DNA of 64,000 bases from Planctomycetota bacterium (GTDB taxonomy: Bacteria > Planctomycetota > B15-G4): positions 1 through 64,000 of the forward strand of contig JBBQUR010000013.1 in NCBI GenBank assembly GCA_038212275.1, given 5' to 3'. The notes beneath the pieces were generated by a model that saw nothing but the letters and a program-made list of their open reading frames with translations, made no database searches and was not told the DNA's origin. Both the position numbers and the translations under genes were made by a program. Below are positions 19,701 through 27,695 of the stretch, piece after piece; position 1 is the first letter of the stretch; each line of letters starts with the position of its first letter.

Positions 19701-21135
19701 GCTCTCGAAGGTCGAAGAGTACGCCGTCCGCGACGATCACTCGCACGCGGGCATCGCTCGCCAGCGGATCGCCCTCGAACGCCGCGACTTGTGCCACCGC
19801 GCCGGCGGCCAACTCGCCAGAAGGTGCGCGCGCGCCGAAGATCGCCCGCGGTCCGCGAGTCAGGGCGTCCAGCGCGTCGTCGGCGGAGAGACCTCCCTTC
19901 TCGATGACAGTTCGCAGAGAGGCCAGCAGTTCATCGGGTGTTCTGCCGAACGACCCGAAGCTCAGGTCGATGCCCGCAGCTTTCAGTGCAGCGACGCCAC
20001 GCACATTGGCCAGCCAGCGATCGTGCCGATCCCGCAACAGGCGCTCCGGCAGCGCAGGGTTCCACGGTCTGCGTGCATCGCCCGCGGCGGCGGCGGCACC
20101 TTCCTCTCGATGTGATGCGTCCTCTGGCTGCGCCTCTTCCTCCTCGTGAGTCGCAGCATCTGCAGCAACCACCGGCTCCTTTCCGAAACGGAGGTCATGG
20201 ATGACCGGCACGTGCCGGGCGACGAGTTCGGGCGCAAGCTTCCACGCCTCGGTTCCTCCGGCCACCACGATGCTGACTCCGGGGAATTCCGTGGCAAGTC
20301 CCAATGCCAGGCGGATGTCTTCGGCTTCGTGAGCAATCACCACGAGCGGCCGCTTGCCTTGCAGCACGGATCGCAGCGAATTCAGCGCCGGATCCTCCAC
20401 GCCGCGACGCGGAGGATCGTCATGCGCATGGCGGTCTGCGATCAACTCCTCCCGCTGGGCGTCCAGCAGGATCTGACGCAGGTGGGCCATGACCCCCATG
20501 AGCGTGGCCGGGTAGTCGTAACCCTGATAATTCTCGGGGCCCGTCCGCCATTCAAGCGAACAGACCTGCGCTGTTTCAGCCTGGAGCAAGGCTTCACGCG
20601 GCGGACGACTCGACAGAGCCAGGAGCGCGCCGGAGCCGGAGAGCAGTTCGCCAGTCGGCGAAACGAAGACGGCACCGAATCCGGCGGCCCGGCGAAGGGC
20701 ATCGTCCGCAGCATCCGGCGCCAGCGCGGATGCGGCATCGCGTTCGGGAAAGAGACCGCGTCGATAGCCCTCGGGCATGGCGACGAGGACATCCTCGTGC
20801 GTGTCATACGGGCGACCCTGGAGAACGGGACGCTCCGCAAATGAAAGCGAGCCTTGCGAAAACGCATCGAGAAACGCGGGCGTGAGCGTGAGTCCGGCCA
20901 CATCCACGGCGCGCGCGTCGAAGGGAATGTCTGCGCCGGGACCGACGGACTCCACGCGACCGTTGCGCAGAATGACGGTCGCGTTCTCGAGCGGTGCTTC
21001 ACCTGCCCGCACGATGACGCGCCCACCGACAAGGGCCAGCGGCGGATCTTCCTGGCCCTCGCAGAGCACGGGAAAGCCGAGCGCGATGAGCGCTCCGACA
21101 CAGCACTTCCACACAGCATCCGCCTGATTCGCCAT
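16777..21135 (-). CDS. Secreted triple amidohydrolase-domain fusion protein (~1452 aa)
   Basis: Three consecutive amidohydrolase units. Only the middle one has DCHSH, K(FALGENPK), HCY, H and NSD metal ligands; the first has DAFSQ and the third DAGCQ. Confidence 0.85.
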   Translation of the reverse strand: MANQADAVWKCCVGALIALGFPVLCEGQEDPPLALVGGRVIVRAGEAPLENATVILRNGRVESVGPGADIPFDARAVDVAGLTLTPAFLDAFSQGSLSFAERPVLQGRPYDTHEDVLVAMPEGYRRGLFPERDAASALAPDAADDALRRAAGFGAVFVSPTGELLSGSGALLALSSRPPREALLQAETAQVCSLEWRTGPENYQGYDYPATLMGVMAHLRQILLDAQREELIADRHAHDDPPRRGVEDPALNSLRSVLQGKRPLVVIAHEAEDIRLALGLATEFPGVSIVVAGGTEAWKLAPELVARHVPVIHDLRFGKEPVVAADAATHEEEEAQPEDASHREEGAAAAAGDARRPWNPALPERLLRDRHDRWLANVRGVAALKAAGIDLSFGSFGRTPDELLASLRTVIEKGGLSADDALDALTRGPRAIFGARAPSGELAAGAVAQVAAFEGDPLASDARVRVIVADGVLFDLRELPAPKHSEKGRKEKQSNAGAGITDTDSDAGDNTHESAPEATASIAVETATWPVELDSDRVPQLRTGGNVLVHGATILTVSHGSLSDHDLLVRDGKIAAIGQGLEAPEGVAVIDASGQFLIPGIIDCHSHVAIRGGINEWTRVITPECTIEDEVDPEDVNLYRALAGGVTTARLLHGSSNAIGGRHEIIKLRWGRSAPELVFDGAPRGVKFALGENPKQSNGGSGERFPRTRMGVEAVLRRALQAGREYADTWSAYRAGIAAGMALDVPRRDLRLEALAGIVDGSIGVHSHCYQADEMLMLLRVAEDFGIQVKTLQHVLEGYKVAAEIAAHGAGGSTFVDWWAYKFEVWDATPYNAALMNEAGVLMSVNSDSDEHLRRLYLEAAKTCKYGGVPEEQALAMVTLNPARQLGIESRVGSIDVGKDADFALFNLHPFDVRTQCQMTFVDGELYFQRRADRYDDFARTVVDRIAAGRAAAEAAPPAAPPTALELRVRHVDPASLSALGLVRDATRAPSTPVRPAGPAIALVGGTVHTMERDGDALTVYAPGVVLMEHGTIRGVYAGHDAPPEGFIVVDVSGQHVWPGFLDAGCQIGLTEIDSVQGTADQREIGTDQPDLRASAAYHADSEHVAVARVNGTTTALVTPSAARIAGLSSAMALEGWTANDALVMDGVALHVSAPRTLREIVKPEDLGPASDHGGHGGLGGHVDLCEGGPTSGADGDDDADMESDEDRPLGDRLADNWAELRALFADAREYARVAGEAERRGVPPPGHDARLEALAPFALGQSPVVFDAGWADQIMDVLDFAEENGLRPIIAGGQQAWMVADRLALADVPVIVGPVLSLPFERHELYDAPLHNAAALHAAGVRICFRSNASSSARDLPYHAGMAVAFGLPEDEALYALTAGAAQILGLSDRVGTLAPGKRGDVIVTDGNPLQIRSALTHLYIGGRDVGLATRHTRLYERYRGRLLDPAQPNR

Positions 21136-21172
21136 GCAATCACTCCGATTCCGCCCGGATGGACGTGAAGCG

Positions 21173-22846
21173 TCAGATGCTATCGCGGACGTCCTTGGCG
21201 GGTCGAGACAATCGCTCGCGCCGCAACACCCGCGCGCGTGTCTGACGGGCAGCAGCCTGCGAGACTTCATCCGGGATGTCACGACCGGACGCAGCGGCGT
21301 ACGCATGGCGAAAGCGAAGGAGATCGGTGCGCGTGACTCCGGAGGGAAGGTCGCCAAGTTGGCCAAGCATTCTCGCGATGCCCTGCGAGTCGTGAGCGGG
21401 CATTCGCTTCAATCCGTCCAGATCGATGAGCGTCACGTATGGCGGATGCGGTGGAGGCCGGACCCGCATGTCATGAGACTGAGGCGGAGCCTGGGCCGTC
21501 ACCAGAAGGTTCTTCGCTGACAGGTCGGCGTGGCGCAATCCGAACTTGGCGAGGTGCCCGACAAGACAGCCCACTGCTCGTGCGAGTGCAGCACGTTCTG
21601 AAATGCGTGCTCCGGTGACCGCACCACTCCGTCCCGCGAGTTCCTGTGCGCGCACACGCAGCGAGACGGCACCGGGCGCCTCACGTGTGACGAGCACCGC
21701 GCTGCCTCCCGCCCGTTCAAGCAGAGCCAGGCCCTCGGGCGTCGAAATGCCGTAGATGTCCAGTAACCTTGCAGCGACCCACGCCCCTCTAGCGCGCGAG
21801 TACCCGGATCGCTGTCTCACCGATGGCAGGAGTCCGCTCTGGGTGAATTCCTTGATGACTCGCGCCCCATGACCGGAGGGCCCGGCATCCACGCGAGTCA
21901 CTACGCTCGAAGCAGCACGACCAAGCACTCCGTCGCTGGATTGCACCGCGCTTCCATGCCCATAAAGGTCGGCGCGCAGGTTGCCATCCGAATAGGTGCG
22001 TCGACGGTAGAGCCGCCCGGTCCCAAGTCTGCCGGTCGTGAAAAGGGTGGACGCCGTGAGACACCTGGCTGTCCGCCCGCGGACATATTCGGACTCGAAC
22101 GAGGACAAAGCGAGATTCACCTGGGCAACGACGGAGTCAATCCGCAACGCCATTGCCTCGGCGTAGGTAACAAGTAATTCGGGCACGTCGTCATCGAGAT
22201 TCAGAACACCACGCATGGAAAAAAGCAACCTCGCGAGATTCGCATTCCGCATGGTGCGCGTGAGGCGCGGGACACGCCATACCGAGTGGAGGTCGGTGAT
22301 GAGGAGTACGCCTTCGTGCGTGAGCAGCAGGTTGTGAGCGTGCAGATCGCGATGCAGCCATGGATGGTGGTGAAGCCTCGAAGTCAGGACAAGCGATCCG
22401 CGCGCGAGCGCCATCACTCGCTCGTGGTCGTGACAGGCCGCCGCGGCCTGTTGAGCCTCACCAACGGTTTGAGCATCGGGTACGAAGCGACCGAGAAACC
22501 ATGCCTCTACAAGTCGTCCGGATGCTCGTCGCTCGCCGTATCCGAGTGCGGTCACGGCGGGAAGGCCAAGCCGGGCGAATGCCTGCATCGCGCTGTACTC
22601 GCTTCGCGCCCGGCTCGGCCGGAGCATGTACTTGAATGCCTCCGCGCCACGCACTCGAAAGTGTTTTAGCAGGACGCCACCCGATTCCGCCGGCAGCGCC
22701 CACACGCTACGTCCTGCACCGATCTTCTTCGGAGTCACGTGAGGAAGTTGGCCGAACGCAAGCGACTCCGCCAGATTCGCAAGCGAATCCTGCGGCGGTG
22801 CAGCCCAGCGCCAGCGAACCTGTCCCTCACCCACGGCCTTTGTCAC
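21173..22846 (-). CDS. Tandem-domain lipopolysaccharide kinase (Kdo/WaaP/InaA family)
   Basis: Two kinase-like units with HRDLHAHNLL..TDL and HADLSAKNLL..IDLD, plus R(xx)NLARL-type helices. Confidence 0.8.
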   Translation of the reverse strand: MTKAVGEGQVRWRWAAPPQDSLANLAESLAFGQLPHVTPKKIGAGRSVWALPAESGGVLLKHFRVRGAEAFKYMLRPSRARSEYSAMQAFARLGLPAVTALGYGERRASGRLVEAWFLGRFVPDAQTVGEAQQAAAACHDHERVMALARGSLVLTSRLHHHPWLHRDLHAHNLLLTHEGVLLITDLHSVWRVPRLTRTMRNANLARLLFSMRGVLNLDDDVPELLVTYAEAMALRIDSVVAQVNLALSSFESEYVRGRTARCLTASTLFTTGRLGTGRLYRRRTYSDGNLRADLYGHGSAVQSSDGVLGRAASSVVTRVDAGPSGHGARVIKEFTQSGLLPSVRQRSGYSRARGAWVAARLLDIYGISTPEGLALLERAGGSAVLVTREAPGAVSLRVRAQELAGRSGAVTGARISERAALARAVGCLVGHLAKFGLRHADLSAKNLLVTAQAPPQSHDMRVRPPPHPPYVTLIDLDGLKRMPAHDSQGIARMLGQLGDLPSGVTRTDLLRFRHAYAAASGRDIPDEVSQAAARQTRARVLRRERLSRPAKDVRDSI

Positions 22847-22852
22847 CCTTCA

Positions 22853-23176
22853 TCACCAGAGCACCAATGTCCGTTGACACAGCCAAATGGCACTCAAATC
22901 GTCCATCAGGGCGCCTGCAGCGCGGTACATGAGAGGCCCGAACACTGCGTGTCGATCGCGGACAGCAGGCCGCGCCGGGGTCGAAAATGAGACCTTGTCC
23001 AGCGACGCCAGGCACGCGGCCACTACAGCTGAGTACTGCTGGATTCCGGCTTCCGAATGAATCATCACGGCGGAGGCATCGTGCGGCAAGCTGCGACACC
23101 ATTGAACGCCCGCATCTTGGTGTCGCAGATCATGTCCGTGCAGTTCACGAACGTGTCGGACCATGCGTAGAAACAT
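22853..23176 (-). CDS. Hypothetical protein (doubtful)
   Basis: 107-aa ORF filling the gap between ino1 and the kinase. It overlaps ino1 by 32 nt and has no recognisable motif. Confidence 0.25.
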   Translation of the reverse strand: MFLRMVRHVRELHGHDLRHQDAGVQWCRSLPHDASAVMIHSEAGIQQYSAVVAACLASLDKVSFSTPARPAVRDRHAVFGPLMYRAAGALMDDLSAIWLCQRTLVLW

Positions 23177-24356
23177 ATTCCATCATCGCTTGATACTGGA
23201 CATGTAGATTCTGATTTAGGACTCCAATGGGCGACTTGAAGAAGGGTGCGAGTTGCGTCATCGGTCCAGACTCCCCGCGCCGCATGGCAAGTTCAGTGAG
23301 CCGCACCATGTCGAGCACCAGCGGTGCAGCCAGAATGCTGTCGCATCCCTGCCACGTGAATTGCATGGTCATCTTGTGCTCCATGAATCCCTGAAAGTGA
23401 ATGAAGTCCCACGCTGTCTTGAGGTCGTGGAGCGACGGCACATAGTCGATGCCGACGTGCGTATGAACCGGGTATCCCAGAATGCTCGCGAGCACCGAAT
23501 CCTTGCTGCGGACCTTTGTCGCAAGATTCTCGGCGTGAGCAAGAATTTCACCGTCCCGGTCCCCGAGCATATTGTATCCCTGCCATGTAAGAACCTTCAG
23601 GTTGCGATACCGGAACATGGGTGCGAGAGCGCTCTTCACAAGCGTCTCGCCCGTCTTCCCATCATCCCCCATGAATGGCAAGCCGCTGGCGCAGCCGATA
23701 GCTCGCATGACGGGAGAGAGGGCGGCCGTCGATGGTGTGAAGTTGATGTATCCGCAACCCTCTTTGAATGCGGCATACGAGTACAACATGCTCGGCCGAA
23801 CACGGGATACGTCTCCCGCATCGAGGATTTCTTCGAGCGCATCAGGTGTGGGGATCCCGTCGACTTCCTGCAGATCGGGCTCGGTGGATGCCAGGTTCAC
23901 GACAATGACTCGCTCGACTGACTCGCGTGCGCGAAACGCTCGAATGTCCGACTGCACCCGCTGGATGATCGAACGGAGTCCGTCATCCTGTCGAGCAACA
24001 GGATTCGTGACGATTCCATCGATCGCCGGCCCCGCGTTGACGCAAGTGCCAGGCTTCAGCGCCTCAGAGATGTCGAGCAAGTCGTTTTTCAGCCTGGTCA
24101 CGATCTCATGGTCCAACGAACGACTCTGGCGAGCTATGTCGCACGCACTGTCCCAGAAGTTCGAGAGTCGAATTTCGTGTCCGCCGAAGACGAGGCTCTT
24201 GATAGGCACGAGATCAAGCGGAGCGAATTCTGCTCCGTTGGTGATCAGTCCCGTGTCAGCGACGTAGCCCGCTGCAATGGCACGCGCACCGACGACTAGC
24301 GTGGTTCCAACGCCCCCAAGTGCTCCGATCAGCCAGACACCAACAGGATCGCTCAC
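23145..24356 (-). CDS. ino1: myo-Inositol-1-phosphate synthase
   Basis: Rossmann GALGGVGT, VNLASTE, NFTPS, GDDGKTGETLVKS.LAP, N.LG.RDG and GCDSILAAPLVLD motifs. Confidence 0.92.
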   Translation of the reverse strand: MSDPVGVWLIGALGGVGTTLVVGARAIAAGYVADTGLITNGAEFAPLDLVPIKSLVFGGHEIRLSNFWDSACDIARQSRSLDHEIVTRLKNDLLDISEALKPGTCVNAGPAIDGIVTNPVARQDDGLRSIIQRVQSDIRAFRARESVERVIVVNLASTEPDLQEVDGIPTPDALEEILDAGDVSRVRPSMLYSYAAFKEGCGYINFTPSTAALSPVMRAIGCASGLPFMGDDGKTGETLVKSALAPMFRYRNLKVLTWQGYNMLGDRDGEILAHAENLATKVRSKDSVLASILGYPVHTHVGIDYVPSLHDLKTAWDFIHFQGFMEHKMTMQFTWQGCDSILAAPLVLDMVRLTELAMRRGESGPMTQLAPFFKSPIGVLNQNLHVQYQAMMEYVSTHGPTRS

Positions 24357-24515
24357 GTCGATACTCGCAAAGGGTAGGGCACTCGCCGCAGTTGCACGGT
24401 GTGCCGAGGCCGCGAGATTCTACGCGTGACAGGCACGGTCCAGAGCAATGAAGCTTGCTTGGTGCGAAATCGCTCAGGGATTGAACGTCATGACCGTGAA
24501 AGCAAGGATCTCGGG

Positions 24516-24971
24516 ATGCCCAAGCAGCCCATGACTTTTGACGAGTTGTCGTTGAACGCCACGTTCAATGCTGGACCTCGCGTTGTCACCCGAGACGACA
24601 TTTCGGCTTTCGCGGAGCTCTCCGGCGATCACACGGCGCTCCACAGCGATGAGGCCTATGCCGCATCGACGCCCTTCGGAGGCGTGGTGGCGCATGGGGC
24701 ACTTAACTTAGCGATTGCAACGGGCCTCGCGTATTCCACCGGGCTTTTTCACGGAACGGTGCTCGCGGTACGCAGCATGGAAATAAGCTTTGACCGCCCG
24801 GTGTTCCCCGGGGATGACTTGTTCCTTGAGCTCACCGTCACGCGGCTCGACCCACGGCCCCGAACCGACAGGGGACAGGTGACATTCGGCGTAAGCGTCA
24901 AGAATCAGGCTGCAAAGACGGTCCTATCCGGATTCTGGACGTTGCTCATGCGGCGCGGACATCTCGGCTGA
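24516..24971 (+). CDS. MaoC family dehydratase
   Basis: FAELSGD...LH.D..YA..TPFG..VAHG and F.RPVFPGD motifs. Confidence 0.88.
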   Translation: MPKQPMTFDELSLNATFNAGPRVVTRDDISAFAELSGDHTALHSDEAYAASTPFGGVVAHGALNLAIATGLAYSTGLFHGTVLAVRSMEISFDRPVFPGDDLFLELTVTRLDPRPRTDRGQVTFGVSVKNQAAKTVLSGFWTLLMRRGHLG

Positions 24972-24988
24972 AGAGGGTGTTGCTCACC

Positions 24989-25016
24989 TCGGAGTTCCAC
25001 TTGAGTGGAGCTCCGA
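24989..25016. terminator. Stem-loop downstream of the MaoC gene (possible terminator, no U-tract)
   Basis: TCGGAGTTCCAC-TTGA-GTGGAGCTCCGA forms a 12-bp stem with one G-U pair. Confidence 0.45.
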
Positions 25017-25193
25017 CGGCGACTCGCGTGTGACCACGGCCCACCGGAGAGATTCCCCTCGCCGAAACCTGCCATCATGGCAGATTGACCCGCAAGCCAT
25101 AGTGTGGTTATCGTGTCAACTGCGGTATATGTCGTGTACTTACTATAGGCGGTATCCGATGGCTCCGGGCACCACCATTTCGGGAGGGATTCC

Positions 25194-25430
25194 ATGGTCC
25201 GAAAGGAAAAGTCAGCTGCGAATGCGTTTCTCGAATCAGCGGAGCGAGTGGAGTGGGTGGAGGTCGTCCTTAGGGATGGACGAACTCTCCAAGGCAACGT
25301 TATCAGGAACCCGATCAGGCAGACCGGCACGATCGTGAACGCGGTTCAGGAAACCCGGCATGATTTTGCGCTCAACGACATCCAAGCCGTCCGCAAAGTC
25401 AGCGATCCTCGTTTGATCAACCTTAGCTAA
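25194..25430 (+). CDS. Small hypothetical protein, possible Sm/LSm- or SH3-like beta fold
   Basis: GGGAGG RBS. VEVVLRDGRTLQGNV resembles the Sm1 motif, and ends with ...DIQAVR. Confidence 0.6.
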   Translation: MVRKEKSAANAFLESAERVEWVEVVLRDGRTLQGNVIRNPIRQTGTIVNAVQETRHDFALNDIQAVRKVSDPRLINLS

Positions 25431-25614
25431 GCTTCGGGGGGCTGTTGCGACGTCGGATTTCCGTACAGCCGTCGCCGCACAAGCTCCGCGGAACTGAACT
25501 GCAAGACTTGCTGACACCCCCATCCCCAACCGCTAAGCTACGTGCCATCAGCGCTTCCTCGCCGACGTCGGCGATCGGCGGTGCCGTTGCTTCGGCCAGT
25601 TATTGAGGTCCTCC

Positions 25615-27546
25615 ATGCGCAAGTTCATTTGTCTCTTCATTGCCTTGGCGCTGATGCCAGCCATCGGCTACGCCCACGGCGGGCAGTACAAGGGGCCTTC
25701 TGACGCGGGAGGAAGTTCAGCTTCGGGAGGTGGCAACTCTGCACCGCCCACTAACCCGGGTGGCGCCGCAGCACCTGGTCCGGGTGCACCAGCATCAGGC
25801 GGGGCTGTTACTGCAGGTGCCACTGGCGGCGCCAAGACGCGTGGAGAGTCTCCCCGCGGAGCGACCACCGGAGCAGGCCAGATCGAGCTTGCGACTTCAT
25901 ACGAGACTTGGGAGTTCTGGTGGGAGAACAACAAGGATCAGTTTCTGAATCTCAAGAGCCGTGTCGTAAAGAGCACCAACACGTCCGGATCATCCGGCGC
26001 GCTTACCGGCCGAGGGCGACAGACGGATTCTCGCAGTACGAAGCGCCCGTCGCTCGAACTCATCAACACTGAGGTGCTCCCCACCCTCATAAGCCTCATA
26101 ACAACATCCGACAAACGAGATATCATTGATTCGGCCGTTCTCGCGATGTCACGTGCTGCACAGTCGGATTCCGCCGACTCGCTGATAAATACAGCAACAC
26201 CGCTGCTTGGGCACAAGGAACTCTCCGTACAAACAGCTGCGACGCTTGCGCTCGGAATCATGGGTTCTCCCAAAGCACTTTCTACAGTGACCGCACTTAT
26301 GACTAACTCGGCTGAGGGACGCAAACTCGTCGGCGGGGGCGACGTACCCCAACTCGTTCGTGCATTCGGTGCGCTTTCGGTCGGGCTCATCGACGACCCG
26401 AATTCCGTCAAGAGCTTGGTTGATGTCATTGAGAACACCAAGGATGCGGAGCGGGATTTGAAGGTAGCAGCCATCGTGGCACTCGGGTTGGTAACTGGCC
26501 CGGCCCAAGAAGAGTCGTACCACTATCTGGTAAAGAAACTCGGCGACGACAAGCTGGATTCGATCATCGCCAGCTATATTCCAACATCTCTTGGAAAACT
26601 TGGAAATGATGCCGCGGTGCCAGACCTGCTGAAAGTGTTTGTATCAAAGGATACCGACGTATTTGTCAGGCAGTCTGCTGCCATTGGCATTGGGCAGCTG
26701 GCATCTCTCCGCCAGGCCGAGGTCCTCAAGGCACTGAAGGAATACATCGCAGAAGGCAAGGACCAGCAAACGCGGCACTTCTGCTTCATAAGCCTGGCCC
26801 AGATCGGCCGCAGAGCGGCAGCGGACAACCTTGATGGTGTCGAGTCCGCTCACCAAGAGTTGGTCAAGCTGTTCGGCGATGAGATAAAGAAGCCCTCCAG
26901 CTCCGCACATCGCTCATGGGCTGCGCTCGCAGCAGCCATCTACACCCAGAAGTACGCAGAGGGCCAACCGCAACTCGTAGAGCGGATCCGCGACGCATGG
27001 GAAAAGGAAAACGACCTGTCGTACAAGAGTGCTTTCGGACTGGCTCTCGGCATTCTCCATATTGAAGACATGGGCAAGAAGCTGTTCGAAGACTTCCAGG
27101 GCACGAAGGATGCTGACCACAAGGGATATACTGCAGTCGCATTGGGATTCCTGACATACACTGATGCTGCAGACGCGCTTCGCCAGCAGTGTCAAATCAA
27201 GTCCGTCACCCCGACGTATCGTTTGCAGGTCGCTACCGGACTCGGATTGATGGGTGACGCGCAAGCGGTCTCAACGCTCATTGAGACCCTGCAGACTGCG
27301 GAGACTCTGGGCGTTAGTTCTGCCGTTGCAAAGGCATTGGGATTGATCGGAGACACCGAGGCCGTCGCGCCATTGAAGGACATCGCGCTTGACAAGTCCA
27401 AACAGGACATTGTACGCGCATTTGCATGCGTGGCACTCGGCATTGTCTGTGAAAAAACTGACCTGCCTTGGAATGCCCGCATCAGTGCCAACAATAACTA
27501 CCGGGCACGCGTGCCTGCAATCGATGAAGTGCTTGATATTCTGTAA
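25615..27546 (+). CDS. Secreted HEAT-repeat protein
   Basis: GAGG RBS, signal peptide then HGGQYKGP, Gly/Pro linker, WEFWWE.N and repeated AxxALGxxG helices. Confidence 0.85.
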   Translation: MRKFICLFIALALMPAIGYAHGGQYKGPSDAGGSSASGGGNSAPPTNPGGAAAPGPGAPASGGAVTAGATGGAKTRGESPRGATTGAGQIELATSYETWEFWWENNKDQFLNLKSRVVKSTNTSGSSGALTGRGRQTDSRSTKRPSLELINTEVLPTLISLITTSDKRDIIDSAVLAMSRAAQSDSADSLINTATPLLGHKELSVQTAATLALGIMGSPKALSTVTALMTNSAEGRKLVGGGDVPQLVRAFGALSVGLIDDPNSVKSLVDVIENTKDAERDLKVAAIVALGLVTGPAQEESYHYLVKKLGDDKLDSIIASYIPTSLGKLGNDAAVPDLLKVFVSKDTDVFVRQSAAIGIGQLASLRQAEVLKALKEYIAEGKDQQTRHFCFISLAQIGRRAAADNLDGVESAHQELVKLFGDEIKKPSSSAHRSWAALAAAIYTQKYAEGQPQLVERIRDAWEKENDLSYKSAFGLALGILHIEDMGKKLFEDFQGTKDADHKGYTAVALGFLTYTDAADALRQQCQIKSVTPTYRLQVATGLGLMGDAQAVSTLIETLQTAETLGVSSAVAKALGLIGDTEAVAPLKDIALDKSKQDIVRAFACVALGIVCEKTDLPWNARISANNNYRARVPAIDEVLDIL

Positions 27547-27657
27547 GCGAATTTCAGGGCTGGCGCACTGATCTGCCCTCCGACTTTCGCTTCGCTCCGC
27601 CTCCGAACGCTCGCTCGGGCTCCTCCTGCCCCCATTCCCATCCTACGCAGGATGGAT

Positions 27658-27695
27658 GTAAGCGTTGCGTGACGCTTTCGATTACCCACAAGTCG
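27658..27695 (+). repeat. Left arm of a 38-bp inverted repeat (1 mismatch) bounding the IS
   Basis: GTAAGCGTTGCGTGACGCTTTCGATTACCCACAAGTCG; the inner 33 bp are the exact reverse complement of 29355-29387. Confidence 0.95.

Noticed and set aside
25094..25160. dif-like half sites (TCGTGTCAACT and ACTTACTATAG) in the low-GC region
   Set aside because: They are not arranged as XerC arm, 6-bp spacer, XerD arm, and each lacks a matching partner
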